A stretch of 64,000 nt of DNA from an uncultured Chloroflexia bacterium. Its GTDB lineage: Bacteria > Chloroflexota > Anaerolineae > CG2-30-64-16. Within the stretch, counting starts at the first letter, position 1. The number at the start of each line of letters is the position of its first letter. The notes beneath the pieces are model-generated. The model worked only from the letters and a program-made list of their open reading frames with translations, had not been told where the DNA came from and did no database searches. Location: assembly GCA_963810095.1 (NCBI GenBank), contig CAWEMM010000006.1:960001-1024000 (forward strand), given 5' to 3'. Shown piece after piece: positions 21,605 through 33,006 of the stretch. Both the position numbers and the translations under genes were made by a program.

Positions 21605-21902
21605 ACAGTCTCCTCACTGTGCTAATGTCAGGCGTCAACTTTGCTCGCGCGGACCCACGAACAGAGCGCTGCTGCCGCCAAATTGGGCGGGCGACACCAA
21701 CACGATGGGAAGATTGTAGCGTAAGCCGAGACGGCGGGCAAGGGTCGCGGCTTCCCGATAGATGTTCTGAGTTCCGCCTGAGCACATGACATACTTGTTG
21801 AGTCAAAATGGCCGCTGTATCAAAAACGCCGAATGGGTGTACACTCACGTCGTGGGTCGAAGGAGGAGAGAATAGATCACATCCGCGGATAGGAGGGTTA
21901 CG

Positions 21903-23771
21903 ATGTCCCGATTTGTCTCGGTAGGTATTCGGTTCCTGGCGGTGCTGCCGCTCCTGCTGGCCGTCGTGCCTGGGGCGGTGGCCGCGGCCCCGGTGCCGCA
22001 AACGGCGGCCGGCGTCACTGCAACAAGCGCCCGCGTTGGCTCGGCTCAGCCCGATCTCGGCCCGACAGTCCTGGTCTTCGATCCGTCCATGCCGACGAGC
22101 GAAATTCAGGCCGCAGTCGACACCGTCGCCAACGAGATGGTCGACAATGAAATGGGTGCGCAGCGTTACGCGCTGCTGTTCAAGCCGGGCGTCTACGGCA
22201 GCACCGCGCAGCCGCTCATCGTCCGCGTCGGCTACTACACCGAGGTGGCCGGCCTCGGCGCCTCGCCCACCGACGTCACCATCAACGGCCACGTCGACGT
22301 CTACAACCGCTGCCTGGCCCCAGATAACTGCATCGCGCTCGTCAACTTCTGGCGCTCTGTGTCGAACCTGACGATCAATGTGATGGGGCTCGACGGCTGT
22401 CGGGCTTCCGGCAACTTCTGGGCCGTTTCGCAGGCGGCGCCGATGCGCCGGGTCAACATCACCGGGGGCAACCTCACCCTCATGGACTACTGCACCGCCG
22501 GCCCGCAGTACGCCAGCGGCGGCTACATTGCCGACTCGCAGACGGGCTTCATCATCAACGGCTCACAGCAGCAGTTCTTCGTACGTGACAGCAGCATCGG
22601 CGGCTGGTCTAACGGCGTGTGGAACCAGGTATTCTCGGGCGTGATCGGTGCGCCCGACCAGTCGTTCGGGACCACGCCCTACGATCCCCCGCCCTACACC
22701 ACGTTGGAGACAAGCCCGCTGACGCGTGAGAAGCCCTTCCTGTACCAAAATGCGGGGGGCGCGTACAACGTCTTCGTGCCCGCGCTCCGCCAGGATTCGC
22801 GGGGTACGACGTGGAGCGCGGGGCTTGCGGCCGGTGCGTCGATCCCGATCGACCAGTTCTTCATCGCCAAGCCAACGGACAGCGCCAAGCTAATCAATGT
22901 TGCGCTCGCACGAGGGCAGAACCTGCTCTTGACCCCAGGCGTCTACCATCTCGACCGGCCGCTTGACGTCAAGCGCGCAGACACGGTCGTGCTCGGCCTG
23001 GGCTTCCCCACGCTCATCCCCGACAACGGAACGGTAGCGCTGCGGGTTGCCGATGTGAAGGGCGTGAAGCTTGCAGGATTCATGGTCGACGCCGGGCCGC
23101 AGCTCTCGCCCGCGCTCGTCCAGGTAGGGACCCAGCGGGCGGCGCGCGGACAAGGGCGCAGCCAGTGGAGCGATCCTGCCGATCCCACGTCGCTGCAAGA
23201 CGTCTTTATCCGCGTCGGCGGCGCGACGCCGGGCAAGACTCGCGTCGGCCTCGTCGTGAATAGCGACAACGTTATCCTCGACAATATCTGGTCCTGGCGC
23301 GCCGACCATGGCAATGGGGTGGGCTGGACCGAGAACACCGCGGACACCGGATTGGTGGTGACCGGCGACAACGTCACCGCTTATGGGCTGTTCGTGGAGC
23401 ACTACCAGAAGTACGAGGTGATCTGGAGCGGCGAGAACGGACGGACGATCTTCTTCCAGAACGAAATGCCGTATGATGCGCCCGACCAGGCGTCCTGGCA
23501 GCACGACGGGGTAAACGGCTGGGCGGCCTACAAGGTGACCGACAACGTCCAAACCCACGAGGGTTGGGGCATGGGCAGCTACTGCTACTTCATAAACCCG
23601 GGCGTCGAAGCGACCCGGGCATTCGAGGTGCCCGCGTCGCCGGGCGTCAAGCTGCACGACATCCTGACCGTCTTCCTCAATGGGAACGGCGGTATCGACC
23701 ACGTGGTGAACGACACCGGCGCCCGGGTCGACTCGACCAACCAGGTGACAAACATCGTCAGCTACCCGTAA
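21903..23771 (+). CDS. Secreted GH55-like exo-beta-1,3-glucanase
   Basis: Signal peptide; PDLGP.VLVFDP, NFWRS, WAVSQAAP.RR, SQQQ, WRADHG, EHYQ, FFQNEMPYD, resembling actinobacterial GH55. Confidence 0.75.
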   Translation: MSRFVSVGIRFLAVLPLLLAVVPGAVAAAPVPQTAAGVTATSARVGSAQPDLGPTVLVFDPSMPTSEIQAAVDTVANEMVDNEMGAQRYALLFKPGVYGSTAQPLIVRVGYYTEVAGLGASPTDVTINGHVDVYNRCLAPDNCIALVNFWRSVSNLTINVMGLDGCRASGNFWAVSQAAPMRRVNITGGNLTLMDYCTAGPQYASGGYIADSQTGFIINGSQQQFFVRDSSIGGWSNGVWNQVFSGVIGAPDQSFGTTPYDPPPYTTLETSPLTREKPFLYQNAGGAYNVFVPALRQDSRGTTWSAGLAAGASIPIDQFFIAKPTDSAKLINVALARGQNLLLTPGVYHLDRPLDVKRADTVVLGLGFPTLIPDNGTVALRVADVKGVKLAGFMVDAGPQLSPALVQVGTQRAARGQGRSQWSDPADPTSLQDVFIRVGGATPGKTRVGLVVNSDNVILDNIWSWRADHGNGVGWTENTADTGLVVTGDNVTAYGLFVEHYQKYEVIWSGENGRTIFFQNEMPYDAPDQASWQHDGVNGWAAYKVTDNVQTHEGWGMGSYCYFINPGVEATRAFEVPASPGVKLHDILTVFLNGNGGIDHVVNDTGARVDSTNQVTNIVSYP

Positions 23772-23785
23772 AGCTGACCTGAGTT

Positions 23786-23830
23786 GCAGGTGGCCGGCCT
23801 GTGCATCGCTGCACGGGCCGGCCATCTGTT
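23786..23830 (+). terminator. Probable terminator hairpin
   Basis: CAGGTGGCCGGCCTGTGCA-tcgc-TGCACGGGCCGGCCATCTG-TTT. Confidence 0.65.
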
Positions 23831-23835
23831 TAAAC

Positions 23836-23945
23836 TGATCCGAAATAGGACCTGGTGCAACTGATTGAACTGATCCGCACTGTCCGCTGGGTAGAAATCG
23901 TGATAATCAGTCCGATCCGTTCAATCAGTGTCCCATTTCAGATCA
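23836..23945. repeat. Palindromic mini-element, family A, copy 3
   Basis: TGATCCGAAATAGGAC...GTCCCATTTCAGATCA; closely similar to 45855-45960. Confidence 0.85.
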
Positions 23946-23966
23946 CCACGCGAGCCAGGCGCGGCG

Positions 23967-25112
23967 TCAGTCCGTGGGGGGTGCGGGACACTCCTTGTCG
24001 GCCGCCTTCTTGCCGAGATCTTCCAGGGGCTTGCGCAGGAACAGCTTTTCTTTCTCCGCCTGCAGCGCCGCCTGATCCCCAACCGCCAGCACCCACTCAC
24101 CCTTCTGAGTCACAATCTCCTCGAGAGCATTCATGCTGAACTGGAAGCCGTGCAGGTCGGACGGCTTCAGCCCGGCGCCCAGCTGTGCCAGGCGCACGAT
24201 GTCGACCAGCCCGAGGTCGGTGGTATACAGGTCAGACATCGCCGAGAGCAACTGCGGCAGCCGGGGAAGCAGGTTGACCTGGAGCGCCTTGTTGCGCAGC
24301 GCCCAGATAAGCTGCTGCTGGCGCTGGCTCCGCCCGAAGTCGCTCGTCACGTGGCGGTAGGTCACAAACTTGCGCGCCTCGTCGCCGTTGAGCGTTACGT
24401 CTCCCGCTGGCAGCGACCAGGGCACGTACTCGGTCATTTGCGCATCTTTCGGCGTGGCCTCGTAAAGCGGACAATCGAGATGCACCGTCACCCCGCCCAA
24501 CGCGTCGACCAGCTTCGTTAGCCCATTCAGATGGATGCGCACGTAGTGTTGCGTGGGAATCCCCAGCGTCTCTGAAATCACCCGCGCCGCGAGCGCCGGC
24601 CCGCCGCCCGGATACCCTGTCTTCTCTCCAACGTAGTCCGTGATGTTGATGCGTTCCTGGCCATACGTCGGGATGTCCACGTACAGATCGCGCGGGATGC
24701 TGATGATTCCGACCTGCTGCCGCTCACGGTCGATCGCCAGGACCATGATCGAGTCGGTACGCCACGATTCCCAGCCCGGCCGCTGATCCTGGCCCAGGAT
24801 CAGGATGTTCTCGGTCTTGTCGAGCCGGTGCGCAACGCGTGTCTCGATGTCGGCTAGCAAGCCGGGTTGCTCTGCAGGTTCAAATGTGCCCAGCCGCTCG
24901 CGCGCCAGCTCGACATCCGAATTCAGTGTGTATGACTCGGCGACGACGTCGAGGTACTTCTCCCGTTCGGCCGGCGCCAGGTCCAGCCCCGCCGCATCCG
25001 TCCACTGCACCGGAAACACCCACCACCCCAGCACCATCCAGCCGATGAGCAATCCGGCGAAGAGGGCCAGCCCGACTGCGATCCAGGAAAGCCGTCGATT
25101 GTCTCGTCGCAT
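23967..25112 (-). CDS. LCP (LytR-CpsA-Psr) family cell-wall phosphotransferase
   Basis: NILILGQD.R, RTDSIMV, SIPRDLYV, SDFGRSQRQQ. Confidence 0.9.
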   Translation of the reverse strand: MRRDNRRLSWIAVGLALFAGLLIGWMVLGWWVFPVQWTDAAGLDLAPAEREKYLDVVAESYTLNSDVELARERLGTFEPAEQPGLLADIETRVAHRLDKTENILILGQDQRPGWESWRTDSIMVLAIDRERQQVGIISIPRDLYVDIPTYGQERINITDYVGEKTGYPGGGPALAARVISETLGIPTQHYVRIHLNGLTKLVDALGGVTVHLDCPLYEATPKDAQMTEYVPWSLPAGDVTLNGDEARKFVTYRHVTSDFGRSQRQQQLIWALRNKALQVNLLPRLPQLLSAMSDLYTTDLGLVDIVRLAQLGAGLKPSDLHGFQFSMNALEEIVTQKGEWVLAVGDQAALQAEKEKLFLRKPLEDLGKKAADKECPAPPTD

Positions 25113-25264
25113 GGCCGCGGTCCTTCTGTCACAGGCTTACAAATAAAGAGTGATTCGATTCTATCACAGGCTCCTGCAAGACACAACCTGCCAAAAAGGC
25201 TGAAAAGGCGATCATCGAGGGCTGGGCGTCAGGCCTGCCTGCGCCACGAGGACCGTGCGTTATC

Positions 25265-25318
25265 TTGACACCCATCACAAAGAGCGTTACACTCGCTGCA
25301 TCTTTATAGTGACTATAA
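25265..25318 (+). promoter_or_regulatory. Promoter and candidate TetR operator
   Basis: TTGACA-N17-TACACT (25265-25293), then palindrome TTATAGT-G-ACTATAA (25304-25318). Confidence 0.65.
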
Positions 25319-25340
25319 TTTTACAGCAGGTAAACACAGC

Positions 25341-25952
25341 ATGACACTCTCACTCCGCGACGTCAAGCGCTCTCTGACCGAACAGACTATCGTCGAGAAG
25401 GGCACGGCCCTCTTCAAGCAGCACGGCTTTGCGCAGGTGTCGGTGCGCCAAATCGCAAAAGCCTCGCTGGTCAGTGAAAAGACCGTCTTCAACTACTTCC
25501 CCTATAAGGAACTCATCGTCCTCGCCGGCGCCCAGCCGGCATTGAATGAGATCATGGACGCCATCCAAACCGAGATCGACAACATCGCCGAGCCCACCGA
25601 GGTGCTCCGAAAGTTCGGCACGGACCTGGCCGATTGGTGCACCGCGAACCCCGAGGTCGCCTGCATCGTCATCGCCGAGCTTCTTTCGCCCGACCCGCAG
25701 CGCCTTGCCAGCGCGGTCCGCTCCCTGCCCGATTTCTACAACCCCATTCGCACGGTCATCACGCTGGCGCGCGCCCAGGGCAAGCTGCGGCCCGAGGTGG
25801 GCGTCGAGTACGCGACCGACTTCTTTTTGAGCAACGTGTTCAACGTCATCCGCAGCCACGTGGCGGTCGGCCAGTTCGACCGCCTGCGCGGCATGCTCAA
25901 CGCGACCCTGGAGATCTTTCTCCACGGTGCTTTCGCGGCGTCTCAGCCTTAA
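25341..25952 (+). CDS. TetR/AcrR family regulator
   Basis: LFKQHGF..VSVRQIA....VSEKTVFNYFPYKE HTH. Confidence 0.9.
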   Translation: MTLSLRDVKRSLTEQTIVEKGTALFKQHGFAQVSVRQIAKASLVSEKTVFNYFPYKELIVLAGAQPALNEIMDAIQTEIDNIAEPTEVLRKFGTDLADWCTANPEVACIVIAELLSPDPQRLASAVRSLPDFYNPIRTVITLARAQGKLRPEVGVEYATDFFLSNVFNVIRSHVAVGQFDRLRGMLNATLEIFLHGAFAASQP

Positions 25953-25983
25953 GCAACCGGGTTTCTTCGAGAAACCTGCTTGC
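25951..25983. repeat. REP-like palindrome (GAAACC family)
   Basis: AAGCAACCGGGTTTCTTCGAGAAACCTGCTTGC. Confidence 0.6.
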
Positions 25984-26007
25984 GGCCTGCTTCCCCGAGG
26001 AGCCAAC

Positions 26008-27485
26008 ATGAACGTATTGCTGCTATATCCGGAATTTCCGGATACCTTCTGGAGCTTCAAACACGCGCTGGCGTTTGTCGACAAGTCGGCCGGGATGCCC
26101 CCGCTCGGGCTGCTCACGGTGGCCGCGCTGCTGCCCCCCGAGTGGAACCTGCGGCTGGTGGACATGAACGTCGCTCGCCTGACCGAAGGCGACCTGGCAT
26201 GGGCCGGCTGCGTCTTTGTCAGCGCGATGGTCGTCCAGCGCGACGCGACCTGCTGCTGCCATCCGGCGGTGCAAGGCGGCGGGCCTGCCCGTGGTGGCGG
26301 GTGGTCCGCTCTTCACGGCCGAGTGGGAGGACTTCCCCCAGGTCGATCACTTCGTCCTGAACGAAGCCGAAATCACCCTCGCGCCCTTCCTGGCAGACTT
26401 TGCGGCCGGGCGAGCGAAGCGCGTGTATGCAACCGACGAGTACGCCGACATGCACGCCTCCCCGCTGCCGCGCTGGGACCTGGTCGACCTGAAGCACTAT
26501 GCGACGACTGCGGTGCAGTTCTCGCGGGGCTGTCCGTTCGACTGCGAGTTCTGCAACATCACGGCCCTCTACGGCCACCGCCCGCGCGTCAAGACCGCCG
26601 CCCAGATTGTCGCCGAGCTCGACCTCTTCTATGGCCTCGGTTGGCGCGGCCGGGTCTTCTTCGTGGACGACAACCTGATCGGCAATCGCAAGTACCTCAA
26701 GGAGCAGCTGCTTCCCGCCATCATCGAGTGGCGCAAAGGCAAACGGGCCGGCCTGCCGTTCAACACGGAAGCGTCCATTAACCTGGCCGACGATCCGGAG
26801 TTGATGCGCCTGATGGTCGAAGCGGGCTTTGACGGCGTCTTCATCGGCATCGAAACGCCCGACGAAGAGCAGCCTGGCCGAGTGCAACAAGAAGCAGAAC
26901 GTGGGCCGCAACCTGGTCGAGGACGTCAAGCGCATCCAGCGCGCAGGGCTGGAAGTGCAAGGGGGCTTCATCCTGGGCTTCGACAGCGATACCCCGTCCA
27001 CCTTTCAGCGGCAGATCGACTTCATTCAGCGCAGCGGCATTGTCACCGCGATGGTTGGGCTGCTGCAGGCGCCCCCTGCGACACGACTGTGGCAGCGGAT
27101 GGCGGAAGAGGGGCGGCTCGTCGGTGCATTAACAGGCAACAACGTCGAGGCCGCGACGAATATCATCCCGAAGATGCCGCTCGAAACCCTTTACGAGGGC
27201 TACCGCGAGGTCGTCGGGCATCTGTACGAGCCCGAGCATTACTATGCGCGCGCCATGACGTTCTTGCGGGAGGTGAAGCCGCCCAAGTTCAGCGCCCCCA
27301 TCGACGCCGCGTACGTCCGCGCGTTCTTCCGCTCCATGGGTCGCCTGGGCATCGTGGGAAAGGAGCGAGCGCAGTACTGGAAGCTGTTTTTCTGGACGCT
27401 GGGGCGCCGTCCGGCACTTCTGCCCCTCGCCATCACCATCGCGATCTACGGATACCACTTCCGGCTGCTGGCGGAAGCGATCTGA
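26008..27485 (+). CDS. B12-binding radical SAM protein (DUF4070-type), two frameshifts
   Basis: PPLGLLTVAA, GGP; SRGCPFDCEFC; FFVDDN; FIGIETP; FILGFDSD. Confidence 0.88.
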
Positions 27486-27511
27486 ACCCGGTCGCCGAAA
27501 CCGTATTGACC

Positions 27512-27544
27512 CGTACGAAGGGCGGGGGTCTCGCCCTTCGTACG
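27512..27544. terminator. Hairpin (terminator or REP-like) after the radical SAM gene
   Basis: CGTACGAAGGGCG-ggggtct-CGCCCTTCGTACG. Confidence 0.55.
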
Positions 27545-27652
27545 CAAGGGCAACCCGCGCGCGGCGCGTTCAATGCCGCCACCGGCCGGTCCCTTCGTCC
27601 ATGCTGCCCGCTGCCGCCCCCCCAACTTCTCCGTCCTCTGCAAAATCTCCTG

Positions 27653-27681
27653 TTGACCCGAGCGCGCTTCCGCCCTATAAT
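27653..27681 (+). promoter_or_regulatory. Sigma70 promoter of the two-component operon
   Basis: TTGACC-N17-TATAAT. Confidence 0.7.
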
Positions 27682-27778
27682 ACGTTTGCTCCCACCGCCG
27701 CCTCCTCGCTTGCGCTGCACCTCGTCGGACGTTTCCCGTTACCGAATCTCAATCGCCGGGTTTGAGAGGAGGAATCCT

Positions 27779-28429
27779 GTGGATCACACCCCCACCTCGA
27801 TCCTGATCGTCGACGACCACCCCGTCGTGCGCACGGGCATCCGGGCCGTCCTGGTCGCGCATGGCTTTCATGTCGCCGCCGAGTGTGCCAGCGGGTCCGA
27901 CGCGCTCCGCCTCGCCGCCCAAAATTCCTTCGATGCGATCGTGCTGGACGTGAATCTGCCTGACCTCGACGGCCTGGAAGTAACCCGCTGCCTGCGCGCC
28001 CGCGGCGACCAGACGCCGATCGTCGTGCTCACGGTTCGGAATGACAGCCAGACGGTGATGGGGCTGTTCGAGGCGGGCGCAAGCGGCTACGTGCTGAAAG
28101 ACGAAGCAACCGACCACCTTTGCGACGCGGTGCGGGCTGTCGCTCGTGGGGAAACCTGGGTCAGTCCCAGCATCGCCGCAACGGTGATCCGGCGAGCGCT
28201 CGGGGCCGGGGTGGACGTGCCGCCCCACTCGCCCCTGACGCCGCGCGAGCTGGACGTGCTGCGCCTGCTGGCCCAGGGGTTGGACAACGGAGCCATTGCC
28301 CAACAGCTCGTCATGTGCAAGCGGACCGTTCAGAACCACATCAGCATCATCTACGATAAGCTCGGCGTTAGCTCACGCACGGAAGCGCTGCTGTACGCGG
28401 TGCAGCGGGATTGGGTCCACCTACCATAA
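27779..28429 (+). CDS. NarL/LuxR family response regulator
   Basis: ILIVDDHPVVR, LDVNLP, GYVLK; LTPRELDVL..LAQG..N..IA..L...RTV.NH; RBS GAGGAGG before GTG. Confidence 0.92.
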   Translation: MDHTPTSILIVDDHPVVRTGIRAVLVAHGFHVAAECASGSDALRLAAQNSFDAIVLDVNLPDLDGLEVTRCLRARGDQTPIVVLTVRNDSQTVMGLFEAGASGYVLKDEATDHLCDAVRAVARGETWVSPSIAATVIRRALGAGVDVPPHSPLTPRELDVLRLLAQGLDNGAIAQQLVMCKRTVQNHISIIYDKLGVSSRTEALLYAVQRDWVHLP

Positions 28430-28448
28430 GGGTCGGGAGGGCCGGTCG

Positions 28449-30740
28449 ATGCAGAAGCGGTCAAGGCTGGATTCCGCGGTGATCCTGGCGCTGGGCATGC
28501 TCGCGCTGCTCGTGCCCGCGCTTGCGGGATGGGTCCTCGTCGACCAGTCGCGCACCCCGCTCCTGGGCATCTACGTCGACGATGCTGTGCCGCCCCACAT
28601 CACGCAGGCCATGGCCGGCTCGGCCGCGGCCCGCAGTGGGCTGGCTGCCGGCGATACCATCCTGACGGTAGACGGTCGGCCCTATGCGGCATGGCTCGCT
28701 GCACCACGACAAATCGGGCAGCACTACCGTTTCGACCTCCTGCGCGAGGGATCTGCGGAGACCGCCAACGCGGCCATGGGTTCGGTGCTCCAGGCAACGG
28801 GCGTGAGCGCCGGGGCCGCGCTCGTTGTCGCGCTGGCTTTTTGGGCCGCGGGCGTGATCCTCCTCAGCCGCCGCGTCGGCCGAAGCGACGTGCGCGTGCT
28901 GTTTTTGCTGTACCAGGCGTGCGCGGTATGCCTCTTGCTCGGCCTGGCCTACCCTCGCTTCCTGCTGCCCGCACCGTGGATGGTGACATTATCGGTCGCC
29001 GCGCTCATCTTTGCCGGGCCGCTCCTCCTGCACTACCAGATCTCGTATCCGGTCATGCTCGGCGAGCCCGCCCCGCGTCACGCGCTCCTGGGCGCACTCT
29101 ACGCGCTGGCGCTGCTCGGGGCCTGGTGGGCGGCGCGGCGGCCGAGTCCCTGGTCGACCGTGCCCGTCTTCGCCAGCCTGGCGGTGGGGCTGCTTGCGTT
29201 TGGCGTGATGGTTTTCGTCTACCTCCGGGGGGCAGGTTTGCGCGAGCGCCGGCGCATGCGTGTCGGGGGCGTCGGGGCCGTGGTGGGGTTGGGCGTGCCC
29301 CTGGTTGCCTACGTGCTGCCCACCGTGATTGCCGGTTATTCCCCACCCATGCCCCGGTGGTTCGTCAGCCTGTTCCTGCTGCTGATCCCGCTGAGCGCCC
29401 TCTATGCGGTGGCGCGGCACGACCTGTTCGACATCGACCGCCTGATCAACCGGGCCATCGTCTACGGTGCGCTCGCGCTCACCGTCTTTGCGCTGTACCT
29501 GGCCGCCTTCTTCGTCCTCTATCGCTTTATGCCCGAACGCCGGCTCGCGCAGGTCACGGTGCTCGCGGGGCTGAGCGTCTTCATCGGCCTGACGTTCCAG
29601 CCGGCACGCATGCGAATCCAAAAAATTGTCGACCGCCTCTTCTACGCGGGCTGGTACGACTACCCTGACATTGTGGAGCACACGACCGCAGGGCTGGCGC
29701 ACGCACGCGAGTGGGATGCCGTGGCAAACAGCCTGACCGTCGACGCGCCGCAGCGGATGTCGCTGTCGGGCGCGGTGCTCGAAGTTGGGGCTCGGCGTGC
29801 ATCGACGCTGCCCGCCTCGGCGCAGCCCCAGGTCGCGCTTGCACTCGAATGCGGCACGCAGGCGCGCGGGATGCTGGCGCTGTCGCCGGGCATCTCGACG
29901 GCTCACCCCTTACGCCGACCGACCGCCGTATCCTGCGCACCCTCGCCCGCGAGGCCGAGATCGCGCTCCGTCGCGTGCTCTTGCTGCAAGCGCTGCGCAA
30001 TCAGTTAGCCGAGATCCAGGCCGGCCGCGAGAGTCTGGTGCAGGCGCAGCACCAGCTGCTGCGCACGCGCGAGCAAGAACGTGCGCGCCTGGCGCGCGAG
30101 TTGCACGACGGCCCGATGCAGGCGCTCGTGGGCATGAACATGCAGCTTGGCCTCTTGCTGCAGCCGGGCGGCGAGTGCTCGGCTGGCGCCGAGTGTCTCG
30201 GCTGGCGGCGCGCTGATCGAGACACTCCAAGACCTCGGCGCCGAGGTGCGCGGGCTGCTGGGCGAACTCCGCCAGGTTTGCACGGTGCTCCGGCCGCCCA
30301 TGCTCGACACGCTGGGCCTCGAAGCTGCGCTGGCGGCGCTCGCCGCCGAGTGGTCGGCCCAGCAGGGTATCCCGGTCGCAGTCGACCTGCCCGAGGGCCG
30401 GCTGTTGCGCAATCTGCCGGAAGAGGTGGCCGTCAACCTCTACCGCATCGTTCAGGAGGCCCTATCCAACGTTGCCCGCCACGCCCAGGCCAACCACGTC
30501 GTCCTCTGCCTCGTATGCCGCACCCCCTCAGAAGGTCTGGAGCTTACCGTGACCGACGACGGCGTCGGGTGTGTGCTGGGCCCCGTGGACGAGTTAACAC
30601 GCCAGGGACACTTCGGGCTAACCGGCATCCGGGAGCGGGTGGCTCTGATCGGCGGCGCCTGGCGGCTCGAGTCCACTCCCGGCCACGGCACCACACTGCG
30701 CATAACCTGGCGCCCAGGCGCAGCCGCGCCCCTTAACTAA
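28449..30740 (+). CDS. Membrane sensor histidine kinase: PDZ-like, multi-TM, HisKA_3/HATPase; two frameshifts
   Basis: GSAAARSGLAAGDTILTVDG (PDZ); about 8 TMs; ERARLARELHDGPMQ; QEALSNVARHA; DDGVG; GHFGL. Confidence 0.85.
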
Positions 30741-30881
30741 CCCCACCCGGTACCCCGGTACCAATCAACTCCTCTGGAAAATAGTACCGCGCTCAGGTGC
30801 GCCCGAACCCGCTATTTGCTACCCTATGGGCGGCGCAAAACATCCAGACAGGCACGAGTCCCGTCATTACGCCAAGTCGCC

Positions 30882-31252
30882 ATGAGTCGAGTCTTGATCG
30901 TCGATGACCAGCCCGAGTTCCGACTGCACCTGCGCCGGCTGCTGTCGCGGCGGGCCTGGAGGTAGCCGGCGAGGCCGGCAGCATTCTCGAAGCGGAAGCG
31001 CTCGTCTGTGCGCTGCGCCCCGACCTGGCGATTGTGGACGTGATGTTGCCCGGAATGAACGGCGCTGACGGGGCGGTGCGGCTGCTCTCGCTGCTGCCGG
31101 GCTTGCGAGTGGTGCTCGTCAGCGCCTACCTGGACCAAGCGCACATCTTCGAACGAGAGGCGGTGCGTGTGGGCGCCGAGGTCTTCGTGCCAAAGGATCA
31201 ACTCGACCTGGAGCTGGCGCGAAGTTGGAATACCGGCGGGAACAAGCAATAG
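30882..31252 (+). CDS. Single-domain response regulator (receiver), frameshifted
   Basis: MSRVLIVDDQPEFR joins PDLAIVDVMLPGMNG...FVPK. Confidence 0.75.
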
Positions 31253-31264
31253 GAGGCTGTTGAA

Positions 31265-32946
31265 ATGAGCGAGCAAACGAAGCACACCATCGAAGGGCAT
31301 CTTCAATGCGCTGGCGAGGTGGATGTCGCCAAGATCGGGCTGGCCGTCCATGCGTTTGTGGGCGGCAAGCCCGTGGCCGTAGCGCCGGTAGCAGCATCTG
31401 GCGCCTACAAGTTGAGCTTTGCGAGCATGGAGGCCCAGCCCGCGGTCGAGCTTCGGCTCATTCCAGACCGCTTCTGTGACGATGCCGCGCTGTTCCCGGC
31501 CGTGCACACGTCTATGAGCCCGCTCCGCTTCAGCACCTTGAAGGGCGGCGCTAATTACGCGAAAGTGGACATCAGCCTCCCGGCCCAGGCGGTGATCGAC
31601 CTCCAGCGCCATCTGAAGCACTACCTGCTCCATGGCGTCGTGTACACGGTGCGTGATATTATCATCCCGCCCCCGTTCCCCGGTTGGCCGCCCCGGCGCG
31701 CGCTGTTGAAGCGGCCAGTTCCCGCAGCGAAGCTGGACTTCTACGAAGCCTCGTGGGCGGGAATGCCGCCGTACGTTCCCTTCAAGTTGTACACTCGACA
31801 CCTCGGCGTCGCCTATACGGCACAGGACGGCTCCTATGAGTTCGGCTTCGACATGACCACCAGCATTATCACCTGGATGCTGACACACGATGGGCTGCCC
31901 GACATCCAGGTGCGCGTCTCGCAGTTCCAGGACGGTGCCTGGCGGGAAGTCTACCAAAGCGACATTGACTGGAACATCGCAGACGACTTTCAGCGCGATT
32001 ACCTGATCCCCGAGGCCGACGTCAGCCTGCCGCCCGCCGATTCGGCTCGTTGGACACCGGGTTCCGCCCGGTCGCACTGGGCCTGGTCCCGCTCGATGCC
32101 AGCCGTATCCTCGACGGCTACGTGACCTCAGGGCCGGGCGACCCGGTGCAGCTCGCCCACCAGCCATTCTGCGAAACGCTGCGCGTCTTCGGCCGGTTCG
32201 GAGATAACGACCAGGTTTTGTTCTACCGGGTGCTCCTGGCTGCGGCGAAGCAAGATGCGGCCGGAAATTGGGTCGCGGACGGGCCGCCGGAGGACGTGGT
32301 CGACCCGCTCAACAACCAGAAATGGAACGAGGCCGAGCGCGTTTGGAAGTGGCAGGTCCTCGGTCCCGACCCGGCGACACACGCCTATCGCAACGTCGAC
32401 CGGGAGCCGGAAGCGGATTGGTTCGAGCACGAACTGAAGGTGACGTGGAACAGCGCCAACAAGACGGACGGCTACTACCTGCTCAAGATCGTGCCGTGCG
32501 ACGAGCAGGGAACCCCGACGGGCCTGGGCTACGAGCTGCCGGTGCTCAGGACAGACAACACGCTGCCCCAAGCCGAGCTGACCGTACAGAACCCGCTGCC
32601 CGACGCCAAGTGCGGCTCACTTACGCTGCGGGCCGATCGCGAGCTGACGTTCGCCGTGACCGCCTACAGCCCCGCGGGCCACATCCTCGAATACCAATTG
32701 CTCGGAAACCGTGGGCTGACGGCCAGGGCCGCGGGAGACGCGGTGACGGGGGCCCGGCCGGCCGGAGCAAAGTGGAACGGCGTGTACCAGGCGCCCACCG
32801 TCTTTACCGTGAACGCCGACGCGTCAGGCTGCTCGGCTGTGGCCTACAACTTCGAGTTGATGGTCCAGGGTGCGGCCACCAACGGCTACAGCTCGTGGCT
32901 GTACTCCAGGCGCGTCTGGAAACAGACCAACCTCGTCGTGTATTAG
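31265..32946 (+). CDS. Large hypothetical protein (~560 aa; ORFs 31265-32125 and 32050-32946 probably one gene)
   Basis: RBS AGGAGG; host-like codon usage; -1 overlap near 32050; beta-rich, Trp/Tyr-rich; no family recognised. Confidence 0.7.
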
Positions 32947-33006
32947 CCGTGTTTGGGGCGAGCGAAAGAGCCCGGCTGGCACTGCCGTGAAAGCGAGAGC
33001 AGTCCG

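Noticed and set aside
23855-24139. Similar small ORFs MQLIELI... here and at 45875-46102
   Set aside because: They are translations of the family-A palindromic repeat and run antisense into real genes.
26216-28429. Apparent radical SAM-response regulator fusion (737 aa)
   Set aside because: Artefact of a frameshift plus a stop-free GC-rich frame. A hairpin, promoter and RBS separate the two genes.
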